A stretch of 63,018 bases of DNA, counting the filler, from Octopus bimaculoides (lineage: Eukaryota): NCBI RefSeq assembly GCF_001194135.2. It is 6 parts of 5 records of this genome, joined end to end, with 100 filler letters (N's around TTAATTAATTAA, not from the genome) between each part and the next. Parts side by side here need not be neighbours in the genome. Positions count along the whole stretch, not along the records: positions 15,139 to 26,603 come from NC_068989.1; positions 26,704 to 40,763 come from NC_068989.1; 4 more parts are not named here. One strand, written 5' to 3'. Shown here one piece after another: positions 26,505 through 39,576 of this stretch; within the stretch, counting starts at the first letter, position 1; every line of letters starts with the position of its first letter. A model generated the notes under the pieces. It saw nothing but the letters and a program-made list of their open reading frames with translations, had not been told where the DNA came from and did no database searches. The position numbers and the translations under genes are program-made.

Positions 26505-26563
26505 TATATATAAAGGGCATTAACTGTGAGGCGTTGATACACAGTTAATGCCCTTTATATATA
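26505..26563. repeat. Perfect hairpin, 24-bp arms, 11-nt loop
   Basis: TATATATAAAGGGCATTAACTGTG aggcgttgata CACAGTTAATGCCCTTTATATATA. Confidence 0.9.
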
Positions 26564-26703
26564 TGTATATATACGTACATATATATATATATATATATAT
26601 ATANNNNNNNNNNNNNNNNNNNNNNNNNNNNNNNNNNNNNNNNNNNNTTAATTAATTAANNNNNNNNNNNNNNNNNNNNNNNNNNNNNNNNNNNNNNNNN
26701 NNN

Positions 26704-26737
<34 letters not shown>

Positions 26738-26741
26738 CCGC

Positions 26742-27520
26742 GTTAGGTATGTTATTAAACATCCTGTATGTATGTGATGGCTGGTCAGTTTCAATACGAC
26801 ATTTTATTTTCATTTCGATTATTTTCATTTTGTTTCATTTCGATTAAAACAATATAACATTTCATTGAGATAATCTTTCTGTCACATTTTATATATGACT
26901 GTGTGTCTGTTTGTAAGTGCATGTGTGAAAGTGCATGAGTGTGTATATGTCTCATACTATGTGCGTCTTTCTGCATTAGGTACGTTATTAAACATACACA
27001 CTCATGTTTATTATTATTTCGTTTCATTTCGGGTAAAATAATATAACATTTCATAGCGATATTCTTTCTATTGTCAACAGGACATTTTATACCACAACGA
27101 CAATGACATCACATTTTGTATATGACTGTGTCTGGGAGTGTATGCGTGTAAGTGTATGAATGTGTATATATCTCATAGTGTGTGAGCGTCTTTCCACGTT
27201 AGGTACGTTATTAAACATACACACACATCTGCACATACATATACATATGTAACGACTGACATGCGTGAATGCATGTCTCTGTGTCGCTATCTTAGTGTAT
27301 GTATGTGAGTGTGCGTTACGAACATTTTAAACCAAGACGACGACCGCAACGTCACATTTTGTATATGAGTGTATATCTGTCTGTGAATGTATGAGTGTGT
27401 ATGCGTCTGTGACTGTTGTGTGTTTCCACGTTATGTACGTTATTAAATATACACATCTACACACACATATACATATGTGACGATTGACATGTCTGAATGT
27501 ATGTATGTGAGTGCTAGAGA
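26742..27520. repeat. Degenerate ~230-bp tandem repeat, ~4 units
   Basis: Marker (G/A)TTA(G/T)GTA(C/T)GTTATTAAA recurs at 26742, 26975, 27198, 27430; TCACATTTT(G/A)TATATGA recurs at the same period. Confidence 0.75.
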
Positions 27521-28806
27521 TGAAACATTTAAAAAAACAATGAGGTGGCAAGGTCCAAGGTATATATAAAAATGCACATTTACTGTTCCATTACCAGTTA
27601 ATAGCTATTGCAGCAGTTGCAAGGTTCTAAGGTATTTACAATTACATATTTACTCTTACATTAAGAAATTTATCCTATATATATATATATATATATATAT
27701 ATNNNNNNNNNNNNNNNNNNNNNNNNNNNNNNNNNNNNNNNNNNNNNNNNNNNNNNNNNNNNNNNNNNNNNNNNNNNNNNNNNNNNNNNNNNNNNNNNNN
27801 NNNNNNNNNNNNNNNNNNNNNNNNNNNNNNNNNNNNNNNNNNNNNNNNNNNNNNNNNNNNNNNNNNNNNNNNNNNNNNNNNNNNNNNNNNNNNNNNNNNN
27901 NNNNNNNNNNNNNNNNNNNNNNNNNNNNNNNNNNNNNNNNNNNNNNNNNNNNNNNNNNNNNNNNNNNNNNNNNNNNNNNNNNNNNNNNNNNNNNNNNNNN
28001 NNNNNNNNNNNNNNNNNNNNNNNNNNNNNNNNNNNNNNNNNNNNNNNNNNNNNNNNNNNNNNNNNNNNNNNNNNNNNNNNNNNNNNNNNNNNNNNNNNNN
28101 NNNNNNNNNNNNNNNNNNNNNNNNNNNNNNNNNNNNNNNNNNNNNNNNNNATAATTATTGTAGATTACCGTTAAATTGGCAGTTCCATACATGTGCTTCT
28201 ATTTCGTTCCTTTGCTTATATTTTGTTAATTTACACTGCATACAAAAATACAGGCATACTATATACATACCACACGGGAAGCCATTATGCCTTATCTTTT
28301 CATTACTACATATTCTCATGTGACTGCATAGGCTCACTTTATGTTTCTTATTCTACGGCCACACCAGCAATATAATGTCAAGCCTTCGCCTTCTGCAACA
28401 TTTCAACAGTTCACTTCCCCTTTGCCGTCTCCCATTACAGCCCATTTCCGGAATGTACCCATTTACGTACAACATCCCCATTACATCCCCCATTCATTTG
28501 ATTCAATCATACCATGGGTCGTGTTAGACGCAGCACTGACTGCCTCAAAGGCGAGTATATCCACTGACAGATTTTCGCTGGGTTCGAAAAATTACACACC
28601 ACCCACTCCAATTTTCTATGATAGGTTAGGGCTTGGAATCCTCCAAACGGACGTATTACATGTCGCTTAGTTGACTTTGATCATCATTTAATCCACAAAT
28701 GTATTGTCGTCAATGCTGCACTTTCCTGAATCACCTGTTTCAACATAACTGTAATATATATATATATATATATATATATCTGTGCGTGTGTGTGTGTGTG
28801 TGTGTG

Positions 28807-28846
<40 letters not shown>

Positions 28847-29915
28847 NNNNNNNNNNNNNNNNNNNNNNNNNNNNNNNNNNNNNNNNNNNNNNNNNNNNNN
28901 NNNNNNNNNNNNNNNNNNNNNNNNNNNNNNNNNNNNNNNNNNNNNNNNNNNNNNNNNNNNNNNNNNNNNNNNNNNNNNNNNNNNNNNNNNNNNNNNNNNN
29001 NNNNNNNNNNNNNNNNNNNNNNNNNNNNNNNNNNNNNNNNNNNNNNNNNNNNNNNNNNNNNNNNNNNNNNNNNNNNNNNNNNNNNNNNNNNNNNNNNNNN
29101 NNNNNNNNNNNNNNNNNNNNNNNNNNNNNNNNNNNNNNNNNNNNNNNNNNNNNNNNNNNNNNNNNNNNNNNNNNNNNNNNNNNNNNNNNNNNNNNNNNNN
29201 NNNNNNNNNNNNNNNNNNNNNNNNNNNNNNNNNNNNNNNNNNNNNNNNNNNNNNNNNNNNNNNNNNNNNNNNNNNNNNNNNNNNNNNNNNNNNNNNNNNN
29301 NNNNNNNNNNNNNNNNNNNNNNNNNNNNNNNNNNNNNNNNNNNNNNNNNNNNNNNNNNNNNNNNNNNNNNNNNNNNNNNNNNNNNNNNNNNNNNNNNNNN
29401 NNNNNNNNNNNNNNNNNNNNNNNNNNNNNNNNNNNNNNNNNAATGTCACGGTTTCACTTTCTCTTCTCTTTCAATTTCTGCTCTCTTCAAAGCATAAAGA
29501 ATTTTTTAAATTTTACGGAAATTGACGAGCACATTCGAAAACTGAGTTTTGACGTATGGGATATCAAAAGATTCAGTAAAATTTCTGCTAACAAATAAAC
29601 TTTATTTTCATTTACATATTTGCATTACAAAAATTTAACATTGTAATCTTTCTGTAATTCAACTATTCTAAACGACATTTTATACCACCACCACCACCAC
29701 CACCACGTCATATTTTCTATATGAGTGTGTACCTTAAAAGACATCCATTTCTATATATGCTATGGGGAAATACAGTCAATCACTTTCTCTCTCACATGCA
29801 CACGCCCATATGCATACACAAAAGATGTATGCATATGGATTTATGTACGTGTATTTATGTACGTGTATATGAAACATAATGTGTGTGCAAGAGAGAGAGA
29901 GAGAGAGAGAGAGGG

Positions 29916-29969
<54 letters not shown>

Positions 29970-29988
29970 NNNNNNNNNNGAGGGAGGG

Positions 29989-30034
<46 letters not shown>

Positions 30035-30071
30035 CCACTTACACATACATGACAGCACACAACTTCACTCA

Positions 30072-30102
<31 letters not shown>

Positions 30103-30420
30103 TACACACACACAAGTCCATTTCATATACACGTACATACATCTTTTATTTTCTCCTCTCTTTCACTTTCTGCTCTCGCTTCAAAGCATATGTTGCCTTT
30201 TCACTTTCTACTCTGTTTCAATTTCTGCTCTCTTCAAAGCTTAAAAAAATAAAAAGATTTTACGGAAATTAACGAACAATCATATGATCCCATATGATCG
30301 ACCATATGATCGAGTTGACAACTTTTCTGCTTCAAACGAAAGAATGCCATAAGATAACTTCTTTTGGCACATACACGCGCGCGCGAACACACATGCATAC
30401 ACACACATACACACACGTAC

Positions 30421-30458
<38 letters not shown>

Positions 30459-31344
30459 AAGATAAAATTTCTGAATGAATTATGTTATTTCTTGCTATGT
30501 GTACGCACAAAATTACAGCTCAAATCCAATTGAAATCACCTCTTTCTATTCTGTAATTTTTGTCCGTGATGAGTGTATTTAAAAATCTGATCTTCGATAT
30601 AAATCTAAAAGCAAGTTCTCCCCAAAATCCTGATCTTTATCTGTTGTTTCTAGTATGTCCGAGGTGACATTTTCACTCACACCCTGATTTTTTCATAAAT
30701 TTCTTCCGATTCCTGTTTTCAATACAGGAGATTAGGAATTCGCCCAAAAAACATGTTCTCAATATTCTAATTTTCTCCCTCCCCATCCCAATGTCTTCGT
30801 TTTTTAATTTTTGGGATTTTTTTTTCTGGGTAATCCACGGAGAAAAAAAAAGCAGAGAGTACGAATCTTCAAGAATTTTCTTTCTTTTTTCTTAAAGAAA
30901 CACTAAAATCTCCTTCCCAAACATCCACCAATCACCTCACCACTTTAAAAAAGCTACAAACTCCCAGTGTTTCACTTTTAGCCTTTTGGAAAGTGGGGAA
31001 GTGTCTTCAGAAATAATGTCGTTTACCTGTTGTTTCTAGCATGTCAGGTTTTCTGGTGGTGCTCTCATATTTTTTACGTCTGCTATTTCAGTACAATTCT
31101 ACGCATGCATGAAACAGACGAAAGTGAAACATAAGGTGTTTTTAGCATTTTGAAAGTGGGTAGATGACGGTGGGCGAGGTGTGGGAAGAGGCACTGATTG
31201 TTCCTTTAATAAAAATTCATCTTAAAAAAATATATATTTCCCAGATTCGTAATCTCTGTATTTTCTACAGGGATAAAAAAAATTCGTAAAAAGTTACAAA
31301 TTAAGAAATTGCGGTGGAGACGGGGATGGGGAGGAACTAAAATT

Positions 31345-31615
31345 TTGTACTTATCCTTTAAGCCTGATACTTATCCTATCGGTATCTTTTGCCGAACTGC
31401 TAGATTACGGGAACGTAAACACACCAACATTCGTTGTCAAGCGGTGATGGAGGAACAAACACAGGCACAAAGACACACACACACACATATATATATATGA
31501 CGGACTTCTTTCACTTTCCTTCTACCAAATCCACTCACAAGACTTTGGTCGACCCGAGGCTATAGTCGAAGACACTTGCCCAAGGTGCCACTCTGTGAGA
31601 CTGAACCCGGAACCA
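31345..31615 (-). mobile_element. SINE family B, partial and diverged
   Basis: Collinear with 9455-9720 (GTAAACACACC, AAATCCACTCACAAG, GAAGACACTTGCCCAAGGTGCCA, GACTGAACCCGGAACC). Confidence 0.85.
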
Positions 31616-32895
31616 GTACGGTACATACAACACACCATGTTTTGTATCTGTTCTTTTCAAACGGCGTGTTAACGGCAGTTTAATAGTTAAATACTGTATG
31701 GGGCGTGTGGTAAAGTCTCATTCCACTTGATGCTTACATACTGTACACTTTTTTGCTACTTTTCAATTTCTTCAATTTCTGTTCCAATTGATTTCATATT
31801 AGGTGTAATGATGTAGTTTTGTATGCTAATCATTGACATGAAATTCACTTTCGCCATAAATCAATAAAGAAAAAAGAGTTAATAGCTTTTAAAGTTTGCA
31901 AATTTGGGATAATTTTAACCAATCGTAAGCCACAGACACATTCATGCCTGTTTCCATAGTAACAAGCCAAGCTGTTACCAAGCTGCTTACTCGCACGGTC
32001 ATTTTTCTATAACGGTGGTTATGAGATGTGCTAAAATACCTAAACAGGCCTTAAATCACGCACCAAAGATTTTTCCTGTTTTGGTTTTTGCATAATAGTA
32101 TGAGTTCTTATGTGTAGAATACAAATTGACGAAAAGTTTCTGAAAATTCTAAAAAATAAAAAGGTTATTTGGGGTTATATGGCATGTGTAAAGCAGAATC
32201 CCGCCAATATTTCATTTGTTTACAGTTAACAACACATGCTGTCACGCACAAAATTATAGCTTTCAAATCTTGTTTTCTGACAGGGTAAAAATGATCAAAC
32301 CTTGAACCTGTGTAACTTTTTTTATTTTTAATTCTGGAAAAAGTTAAATATCTCTTGCGCTTCACTTGGAAAATTACATCAATACACCAAATTTTAAAAT
32401 TTTCACTAAACTTCCACAGGTGCAACCAAACAGAAAAGACTCTTTAACTATGCTATTCTAGAGACAAGATGACAGTAGAAAGTATGTGTGTTGGTTAATG
32501 AAGTATGAGTGAAGATGGTACATACACTCTTTTCTTTATAAATATATATATATATATATCGAAGTTCAAGGAGGGAGAGAAGACAGATTAGTTTATCATC
32601 CTCCCAGTCCAGCCAATATATATTCAAATTGGGAATACAATCAAATATATACATTTTTTTTTTTAATCCCAAGGTTGGGCGATTCAGTACATAAAATTAT
32701 ATCAGATAAAATAAGCCAAACTTGCTCAATATAATGAGCCCTTCCGTGTTATTNNNNNNNNNNNNNNNNNNNNNNNNNNNNNNNNNNNNNNNNNNNNNNN
32801 NNNNNNNNNNNNNNNNNNNNNNNNNNNNNNNNNNNNNNNNNNNNNNNNNNNNNNNNNNNNNNNNNNNNNNNNNNNNNNNNNNNNNNNNNNNNNNN

Positions 32896-32930
<35 letters not shown>

Positions 32931-33325
32931 TACTTGGAAAAGGATGCGTGGCGTTCAATCATATAATAATATAAATAATATATAAATATATATAGAAATT
33001 AAATAAATAACGAATTTTGACATGTACGAATATTTATTAGCCCCACTGTATATCTAGGCGATTATCCAGTTTCCTTCTACTGCTTGATCATATAACTACT
33101 GATGAATATTACATGGACTTTCGTGAAATGAAGAGGGCAGTATAGTTAGACCGCCTGGTTCAGAAATTTTTCTCTCGTTTCCCATTAGTTATATTCAGTG
33201 TTAGACATACACACATTTTATACTTTCCATATTCAAAATATTATATGACAATTTATAACATGCTATTTAAGAGAAGTCTGATTCCGGTTGAGACATATAT
33301 ATCTATTTTAATATACTATCTCCCC

Positions 33326-33540
33326 TAAAGCGGCGAACTGGCAGAAACGTTAGCACGCCGCGCGAAATGCTTAGCGGCATTTCGTCTGTCTTTACATTCT
33401 GAGTTCAAATTCCGTCGAGGACGACTTTGCCTTTCATCCTTTCGGGGTCGATAAATTAAGTACCCGTTGCGTACTGGGATCGATCTAATCGACTGGCTCC
33501 CTCCCCAAAAATTTCGGGCCTTGTTCCTAGAGTAGAAAAG
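33326..33540 (+). mobile_element. SINE family A, full length with 16-bp TSD
   Basis: A box TGGCAGAAACG, B box GAGTTCAAATTCC; flanked by AATATACTATCTCCCC (33310-25) and AATATATTATCTCCCC (33541-56). Confidence 0.92.
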
Positions 33541-33699
33541 AATATATTATCTCCCCGTTTTGACATAGGAAATGATTGCAATTAGAAGATGCATTAGTTG
33601 TCTGTTGAAATCTAATTCAAACTGACACAAACATAAAATGAAACTAGTTTATCTTTTCCGGGTTTTATTCACCATTTAACGAAACATGTATTGTACCTG

Positions 33700-33865
33700 C
33701 TACAAAATATCGACCTCAGTGCTCAAATGGTACTTATTTTACCGACCGCGAAAAGATGAAAAGTAATGTCAACCTCAGCGGAATTTGAACTCAGAACGTA
33801 GCGATGAACGAAATGTCACTTAGCATTTTGCCCGGCGTGCTAACGATTCTGCCTGCTCGCCTCCT
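33700..33865 (-). mobile_element. SINE family A, 3'-truncated
   Basis: GGAATTTGAACTCAGAACGT..TTAGCATTTTGCCCGGCGTGCTAACGATTCTGCC is the reverse complement of the family A head. Confidence 0.85.
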
Positions 33866-33881
33866 TACTCCGTTCTATAAT

Positions 33882-34268
33882 CTTTTCTGCTCTAGGCACA
33901 AGGCCCGAAATTCTGGGAGAGGGTGGTACTTAATTTATCGACCCCGAAAGGGATGAAAGGGAAAGTCGACCACAGCGTAATTTGAACTCAGAACGTAAAG
34001 ACAGACGAAATGCCGTTAAGCATTTTGCCCAGTGTGCTAACATTTCTTTTTTTTTTTATTGCCCACAAGAGGCTAAACATAGAGGGAACAAACAAGGACA
34101 GACAAAGGGATTAAATCGGTTACATCGACCCCAGTGCGTAACTAGTACTTAATTTATCAACCCCGAAAGGATGAAAGGCAAAGTCGACCTCGGTGGAATT
34201 TGAACTCAGAACGTAACGGCAGACGAAAAACCCGGCGTGCTAACGTTTCTGCCAGCTCGCCGCCTTCC
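33882..34268 (-). mobile_element. SINE family A dimer (two heads, two different 3' ends)
   Basis: 33882-34045 standard 3' end; 34046-34268 variant 3' end with A-rich tail; whole unit bounded by TACTC(C/T)GTTCTATAAT at 33866-81 and 34269-84. Confidence 0.8.
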
Positions 34269-35712
34269 TACTCTGTTCTATAATAACAGGTTATAGTTCA
34301 CACAATATATTTTTATGCAATGTCATTTTTATATATTTCCTTTGACCGCAGAATGTAAACTGAATGGTATTCTGATTGAGGCTAATTCATACAAACTATA
34401 TTTTATAGCTATGCTCTTCAAAAGACCGCTTGTTAGAATGAATGTGAGTTGGTGAGTTGTCTAGTGAAGGCTATTAAATGAGGATAGACACAGTCCATTA
34501 TATCTCTGCTATCAAAATTACTAGATGAGCGCAATCCGAATGCACATAAAATGGATGATTAAGTTTCTTTCATTCACTTACATACGCAGTATATATTTTA
34601 TATCTATTGCTATTCAAAAAACATTGAATGTCCGCAGCTGATACTTTCAAACTGTACATTTTATATCTACCTTCTCTTAAAGATGATGCAACAGCCGTAC
34701 GTCTAGTTGTGAAGTCTGTATCAGCTTCATATATACGCTCTGTACATTCATATATATATATTATTCATAAAATCGTACTGGTGTAGTTTTGTGGGTTGAG
34801 TTGTGGTATCGCATCCAGATTTACAATTATGTACTTTCTGTCTGTCTTATTTAATATATGGCTCTGCTACACTTAGAAAATAAGTCAAGTAGGCTTCTTT
34901 AATTTATGCTGATACATATACAAAGTGAAATGTATGTTATATATTTGTCGTATTAAAAAGACCAGATGACCGCAATAAAAATGTTTGTGAATTAACTTGT
35001 AAAGTCTTATTCATACCGTAGTCTGAAGCTTGATACATACCGCACATTTTATATCTATCTTCTTCAAAATACAGATGATCACATTTACAACATATGTTAT
35101 TCAAGTGGAGAATGCTATTTCGATGATATATGCACACCATACATTTTACATCTATCCTATGCAAAAGAGCTAATAACCACATTAAGAATGCACATGAGTT
35201 ATAGAGTGGCGTATGGTAAATACACAAAGTAAATTGAAGACGGGGCAAAACAGACCCCTATGGGAAAAGTTCGATATTTCTGTCAAAAATGGACACATCT
35301 TAATGTAAATTGTTATGTGCATAGAGAATAGCCATTCACATGTTTCTGTGTAGTATGATTAATTGGAAAAAAATCTTGCATAGATATGTGCAAACGAAGT
35401 TTTTATCAGATATGGTCCGTTTTGCCCCAGTGTTGGGGCAAAAGGGCTCACGTTGGACCGTTTTACCCCATAAGAATGTTTATTACATTTTGCCATATTC
35501 AAATACATACTCGTGTGTATTATACTGGAATACATCTTTTATTTATAAAACAACTGAAAGCGACATAAATGAAAGTAAACTATGATCATGAGAAATACTG
35601 TTTCATGCTCTCAGTTTGCAGACCCATCTCATCCCTGAAGGTTCATGGGTTTTTTTATTTTTATAAAGACACAGAAATAGTGCTCAATGTGACTGGTCAG
35701 CAAGGTAGCTGA

Positions 35713-37409
35713 TTAGGGAACACAAAGTTCACAAATGAATGTGACGTCATCAATTTCAACCCCAGCACACTTTTTATGTGCCCATTCTCTGCACAATTAG
35801 CATTCAATCCAATCTTCTGTCGTGGGTTCTTGATAAAGTTCGTCACAGAAAATGCAATGGAACTCCTTGTCTGTTGTTTTTGGTGTGCAGGCTGGTGTCT
35901 TCATCACACTTCCAGGGGTCTTGGGTTTGCGAGCATTTCTCCTTGCTGTTGGTTTAGTTGTTGGTTATTTTCATGGCTTTAGCTGAGAGAAAGTCTTTAA
36001 AGGGTGAACTGGTGAGGCACTCTGAAGTTTGAGCTCTTCCTTTTCTTGCTGTAGCCTGAGTTCGTGGAACAGGCGACAAGGAAACAACAAGGATTCTTTG
36101 TTGTGGTGAATTGTGTAGGACTACCTCTGTGTCTTCTTGACTTTTGCATCCATCTGCAATTTTGGCAGATGGACAGGGATGGTACAGGATCTACTTGTGG
36201 CTGTTCGTGTGATGGTGCTTGACTTCCTTAGGATCAGCAATTTCAATGACTTCTGCCGAAATGAAATTGACATCACCAAACATCCGGATTGTATGGCCAG
36301 ATCCCAGTGCAACGAGATCCACTGCAGGCATTCTCAACTGTTGCAGCTCGTATGAAGGCCTGCTCACAATAAAGGCAGTAACTTTGAAGTCATGTACCCG
36401 CTGACTTGGGTGATTGATGATCCACTTGTCAACTTCCAGGTGATAAAAAGTTTTGATGGGCACAAAAAAGGTTCTGTCTAAGGGCTGAAGCTTATGGCTG
36501 GTATCAGGTAGAATTGATACCCTGACTACGCCATGCTTGCGAGCAAGCTCAATTGCTTCCAAGTTAATGTGGCTGATGTGATTGCCCAAAAGGAGGAGTA
36601 CTTTTCTCTCAACAGATGGATGTGTATGTTGAATGAAATGGCGTAGCCACTTAGAAAATGTTTCCCGATCAATCCATCCATTTTCGCTTCCATAAGCAAC
36701 TGCACCTTCTGGTGCTCCATGAAGCAGTAGGTCGGCTATGCGCTTCCTCTTGAAAAATGCAGGCGTCACAGTTCGTCCTTTCTCAGCACTAACAATTAGT
36801 CCAATCTGCTTCGCTCCCTTCAGCGAGATGACTTTTGGAACTCTCTACATTGAGGACAGACCTGTTTCATCCACGTTGAAAATACGATCAATTGTGAAAT
36901 GGTTCTGCTGGTAAACTTCTTTTAGAACATCGAAAAATCTGCCAACCTGGACCCTTTTTGAATACCGCAGCACGACCAACACTCGTTGACTTAGCAGCGC
37001 GTAGGCTCAGTGTCGGGTGACGCTTTAAAAAACAAACCAGCCAGTCTGCCCCGGCTTCTCTTTTTTCTTTATTGAATTTATGGAGGACCTTGTTGGTCTC
37101 AGCAACCTCAAAAGTCAAGGAACGCCAACATCTTGAAGTGAGACCATAAAAAGTCTGTTGCAGGTAGACGCTGTGCTCTAGCAGTTCCTCATCGAAATTC
37201 TTTAGCGTTGGCTGAAAATGCCCTAAAGAAAGCTGGTCAGGAGAAAGCACTTTGCCTTCCAGGTGTCTCTTCAGGGTTGTCTTGGGGACTTCATGCTGCT
37301 TTGCTGCCTGGCGAAGAGGACTTCCTTTTCGGACAGATTGCATGGCTGCCTGTAGGTTATTTAGAGTCCAAGAGCCTCTTCCAGTTTTACGAATGTAATT
37401 TCTCACCAT
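35713..37409 (-). pseudogene. pogo-type transposase: psq-HTH, CENP-B/Tc5 HTH, DDE_1 core and C-terminal PHD finger (disrupted)
   Basis: MVRNYIRKT..W..LQAAMQSVRKG..LRQAAKQHEVPKTTLKRHL; AGADWL..FLKRHPTLSLR; RIFNVDETG (~36870); NGWIDRETFSKWL.HF; VLLLLGNH.SH (second catalytic D reads G); TSHKLQPLD; CIFCDELY..DWIEC*LCREWAHKKC..FICELC; acceptor TTTTCAG directly before the ATG at 37409. Confidence 0.92.
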
Positions 37410-37455
37410 CTGAAAATAATAAGCAAAATGGGATGAAGAAAGTGAGGTAAAACTC

Positions 37456-37753
37456 ATGCGCGTTCACACCCACACAAACACCGGCGCTCACACCCCTGCA
37501 CACACAGACACACACACTTGCACACACACACATGCATACACACATACAAAAACACACATGCACACACTCGCATTTGCATACGCATACACCCATACAAATA
37601 CACCCACATACACACACATGCACACGCACACATGCACACGCACACATGCACAAAACATGCGTAAAACATGCACAACGCACACATGCACTTACACATGCAC
37701 ACACATGCACACGCATGTGCATGCATACACAAACACATAAACACATACGCACG

Positions 37754-37789
<36 letters not shown>

Positions 37790-37805
37790 TAACATACACA
37801 CATAT
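37456..37805. repeat. Cryptic (CA)n-rich low-complexity tract inside the pogo 5' region
   Basis: Interrupted CACA/CATG/CGCA run; source of several spurious ORFs. Confidence 0.9.
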
Positions 37806-38600
37806 GGGGCAAAACGGGACAGTGGACCGTTTTGCTCTAACGCCCTTTAGTCTGTTTTGCCCCATTCAGGTTACAACAAAAAAAATGTCTGCTCTGCATC
37901 CAAACCTAAGGAAAAATAAAGGCTGTTGCAGCTTAAACATTGACATTTGAAATGTTTAAAAACATGATAGGCTATACTTACCTAAGGTGTTGGTATTCGT
38001 TTCATTAACATGATATATTTGAAAACAATACTTACATTGAAGACTTGAATTTCAGTATCTTTCTTCCTGTGTCGTGAAGACTGCCGTCAAAATGAAATCT
38101 TTTGGGGATGTGAGATCGAAGGGAAGTAACTTTGAATTAGAAAGTGTTCACGACGGTTAAGTCTCATTTAGATGTCTAAAATGGGGCTGGTCCGTTTTAC
38201 CCCAGTGGTCCATCTTGCCCCGGTTTTCCCCTAATGCATCTGTCTATTACATTAAAGTACCTCCGATAGATTCCTGTGGCGTAAAAAATGTTTCGTTGCG
38301 TTGTGGAAAAGTGATGGTAAAAGGGTGTGCGCCACAAAGAGAGAGAGAGAGAGAGAGATTCAAAAGAACGCTACAAGACGTACACACATATATACACATA
38401 CGAACATTANNNNNNNNNNAAAAGAACGCTACAAGACGTACACACATATATACACATACGAACATTATTGGAGCACACACACACACACACACAGATGATA
38501 ATTAGGTGTGTATGTGTAAATGTGAACATACTATTACCACTCGTATATATGTGTATGTGTGCACGTGCCAGTAGCGTTTGTTTGACACACAATCTCTCTT

Positions 38601-38654
<54 letters not shown>

Positions 38655-38847
38655 NNNNNNNNNNNNNNNNNNNNNNNNNNNNNNNNNNNNNNNNNNNNNN
38701 NNNNNNNNNNNNNNNNNNNNNNNNNNNNNNNNNNNNNNNNNNNNNNNNNNNNNNNNNNNNNNNNNNNNNNNNNNNNNNNNNNNNNNNNNNNNNNNNNNNN
38801 NNNNNNNNNNNNNNNNNNNNNNNNNNNNNNNNNNNNNNNNNNNNNNN

Positions 38848-38901
<54 letters not shown>

Positions 38902-39263
38902 TTCCAGCCGTCCAACCTTCAATGAAAGACAAACTCCTCCACAACTTCCGAATTCTATTTTCTGACCCTACTACCACTCCGATCTATCCCGCAATATCTC
39001 TCCTCACCATCAATAAAGATAAGAGCCTCGGCAGCCCCACACAACCAAAACCTTTTTAAGTGTACTCGACAACGATACAACACTTTCCCCAAAATGAACA
39101 AGACTACGACCATCACCGGCCCGAAGTCACGATATCATATTATCCAGAACTTCTGTTGCCCATGTTCCAGCAATACATTGTTTCATCTGCAAGCTTTGTG
39201 ACACTCTATACTGGGTAAACAGGCCGACGCCTTGCAGATCAATTTCGAGAACACATTCTAGGC
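38902..39263 (+). pseudogene. Penelope-like element: RT-EN linker and GIY-YIG endonuclease fragment
   Basis: Manual translation with frameshifts: KDKLLHNFRILFSDPTTTPIYP..KDKSL; KCTRQRYNTFPKMNKTTTITGPKSRYHIIQNFCCPCSSN; ICKLCDTLY; G*TGRRLADQFREHI, matching the PLE Cys-linker, ITGPK and YIGETGRRLxDRFREH motifs. Confidence 0.85.
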
Positions 39264-39576
39264 GCGATTGTCTTACGTTTTAAATAGTATTCACTTAAAC
39301 TGCGTATGTGTCACCGTACCATACAACTTACATTTCACTGCTAAAAAGTATTAAGCTAAAATGTTTTTAAGTAAGACATTTATACGTCTATTAAAGGATT
39401 CGCCCACTACTTTGAACAGATGTAACATTTTCTACAATTTATAAAACTATCGTTATTTTTGGCGCAACGGGAACACTAATATGTATATATTTATAGACAC
39501 ACATACATACACGCGCGCGCGCGTGCGTATTTAAAGATAGACAGAAGATGGCAGATACGACAGACTTCATTGATCG

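Larger units (their letters stand above)
35232..38231 (-). mobile_element. pogo-family (Tc1/mariner-pogo) DNA transposon, ~3.0 kb
   Basis: Right end ..CCCGGTTTTCCCC|TA (38232-33); imperfect ~35-bp inverted match at 35233-35270 after TA (35230-31); repeated subterminal GGGG(C/T)AAAACGG(A/G)CC motifs; transposase inside. Confidence 0.7.

Noticed and set aside
26742-27520. CRISPR-like repeat-spacer array
   Set aside because: Eukaryotic context, degenerate repeats, homologous spacers and no cas genes
33093-33148. TAACTA-CTGATGA..GAAA..GTA-TAGTTA with an intact core and 6-bp helix I
   Set aside because: Helix II and helix III do not pair and there is no foldback context; at best a weak, decayed candidate
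38360-38468. ~48-bp duplication across a short N run (similar case at 29885-30035)
   Set aside because: Typical negative-gap scaffolding artefact
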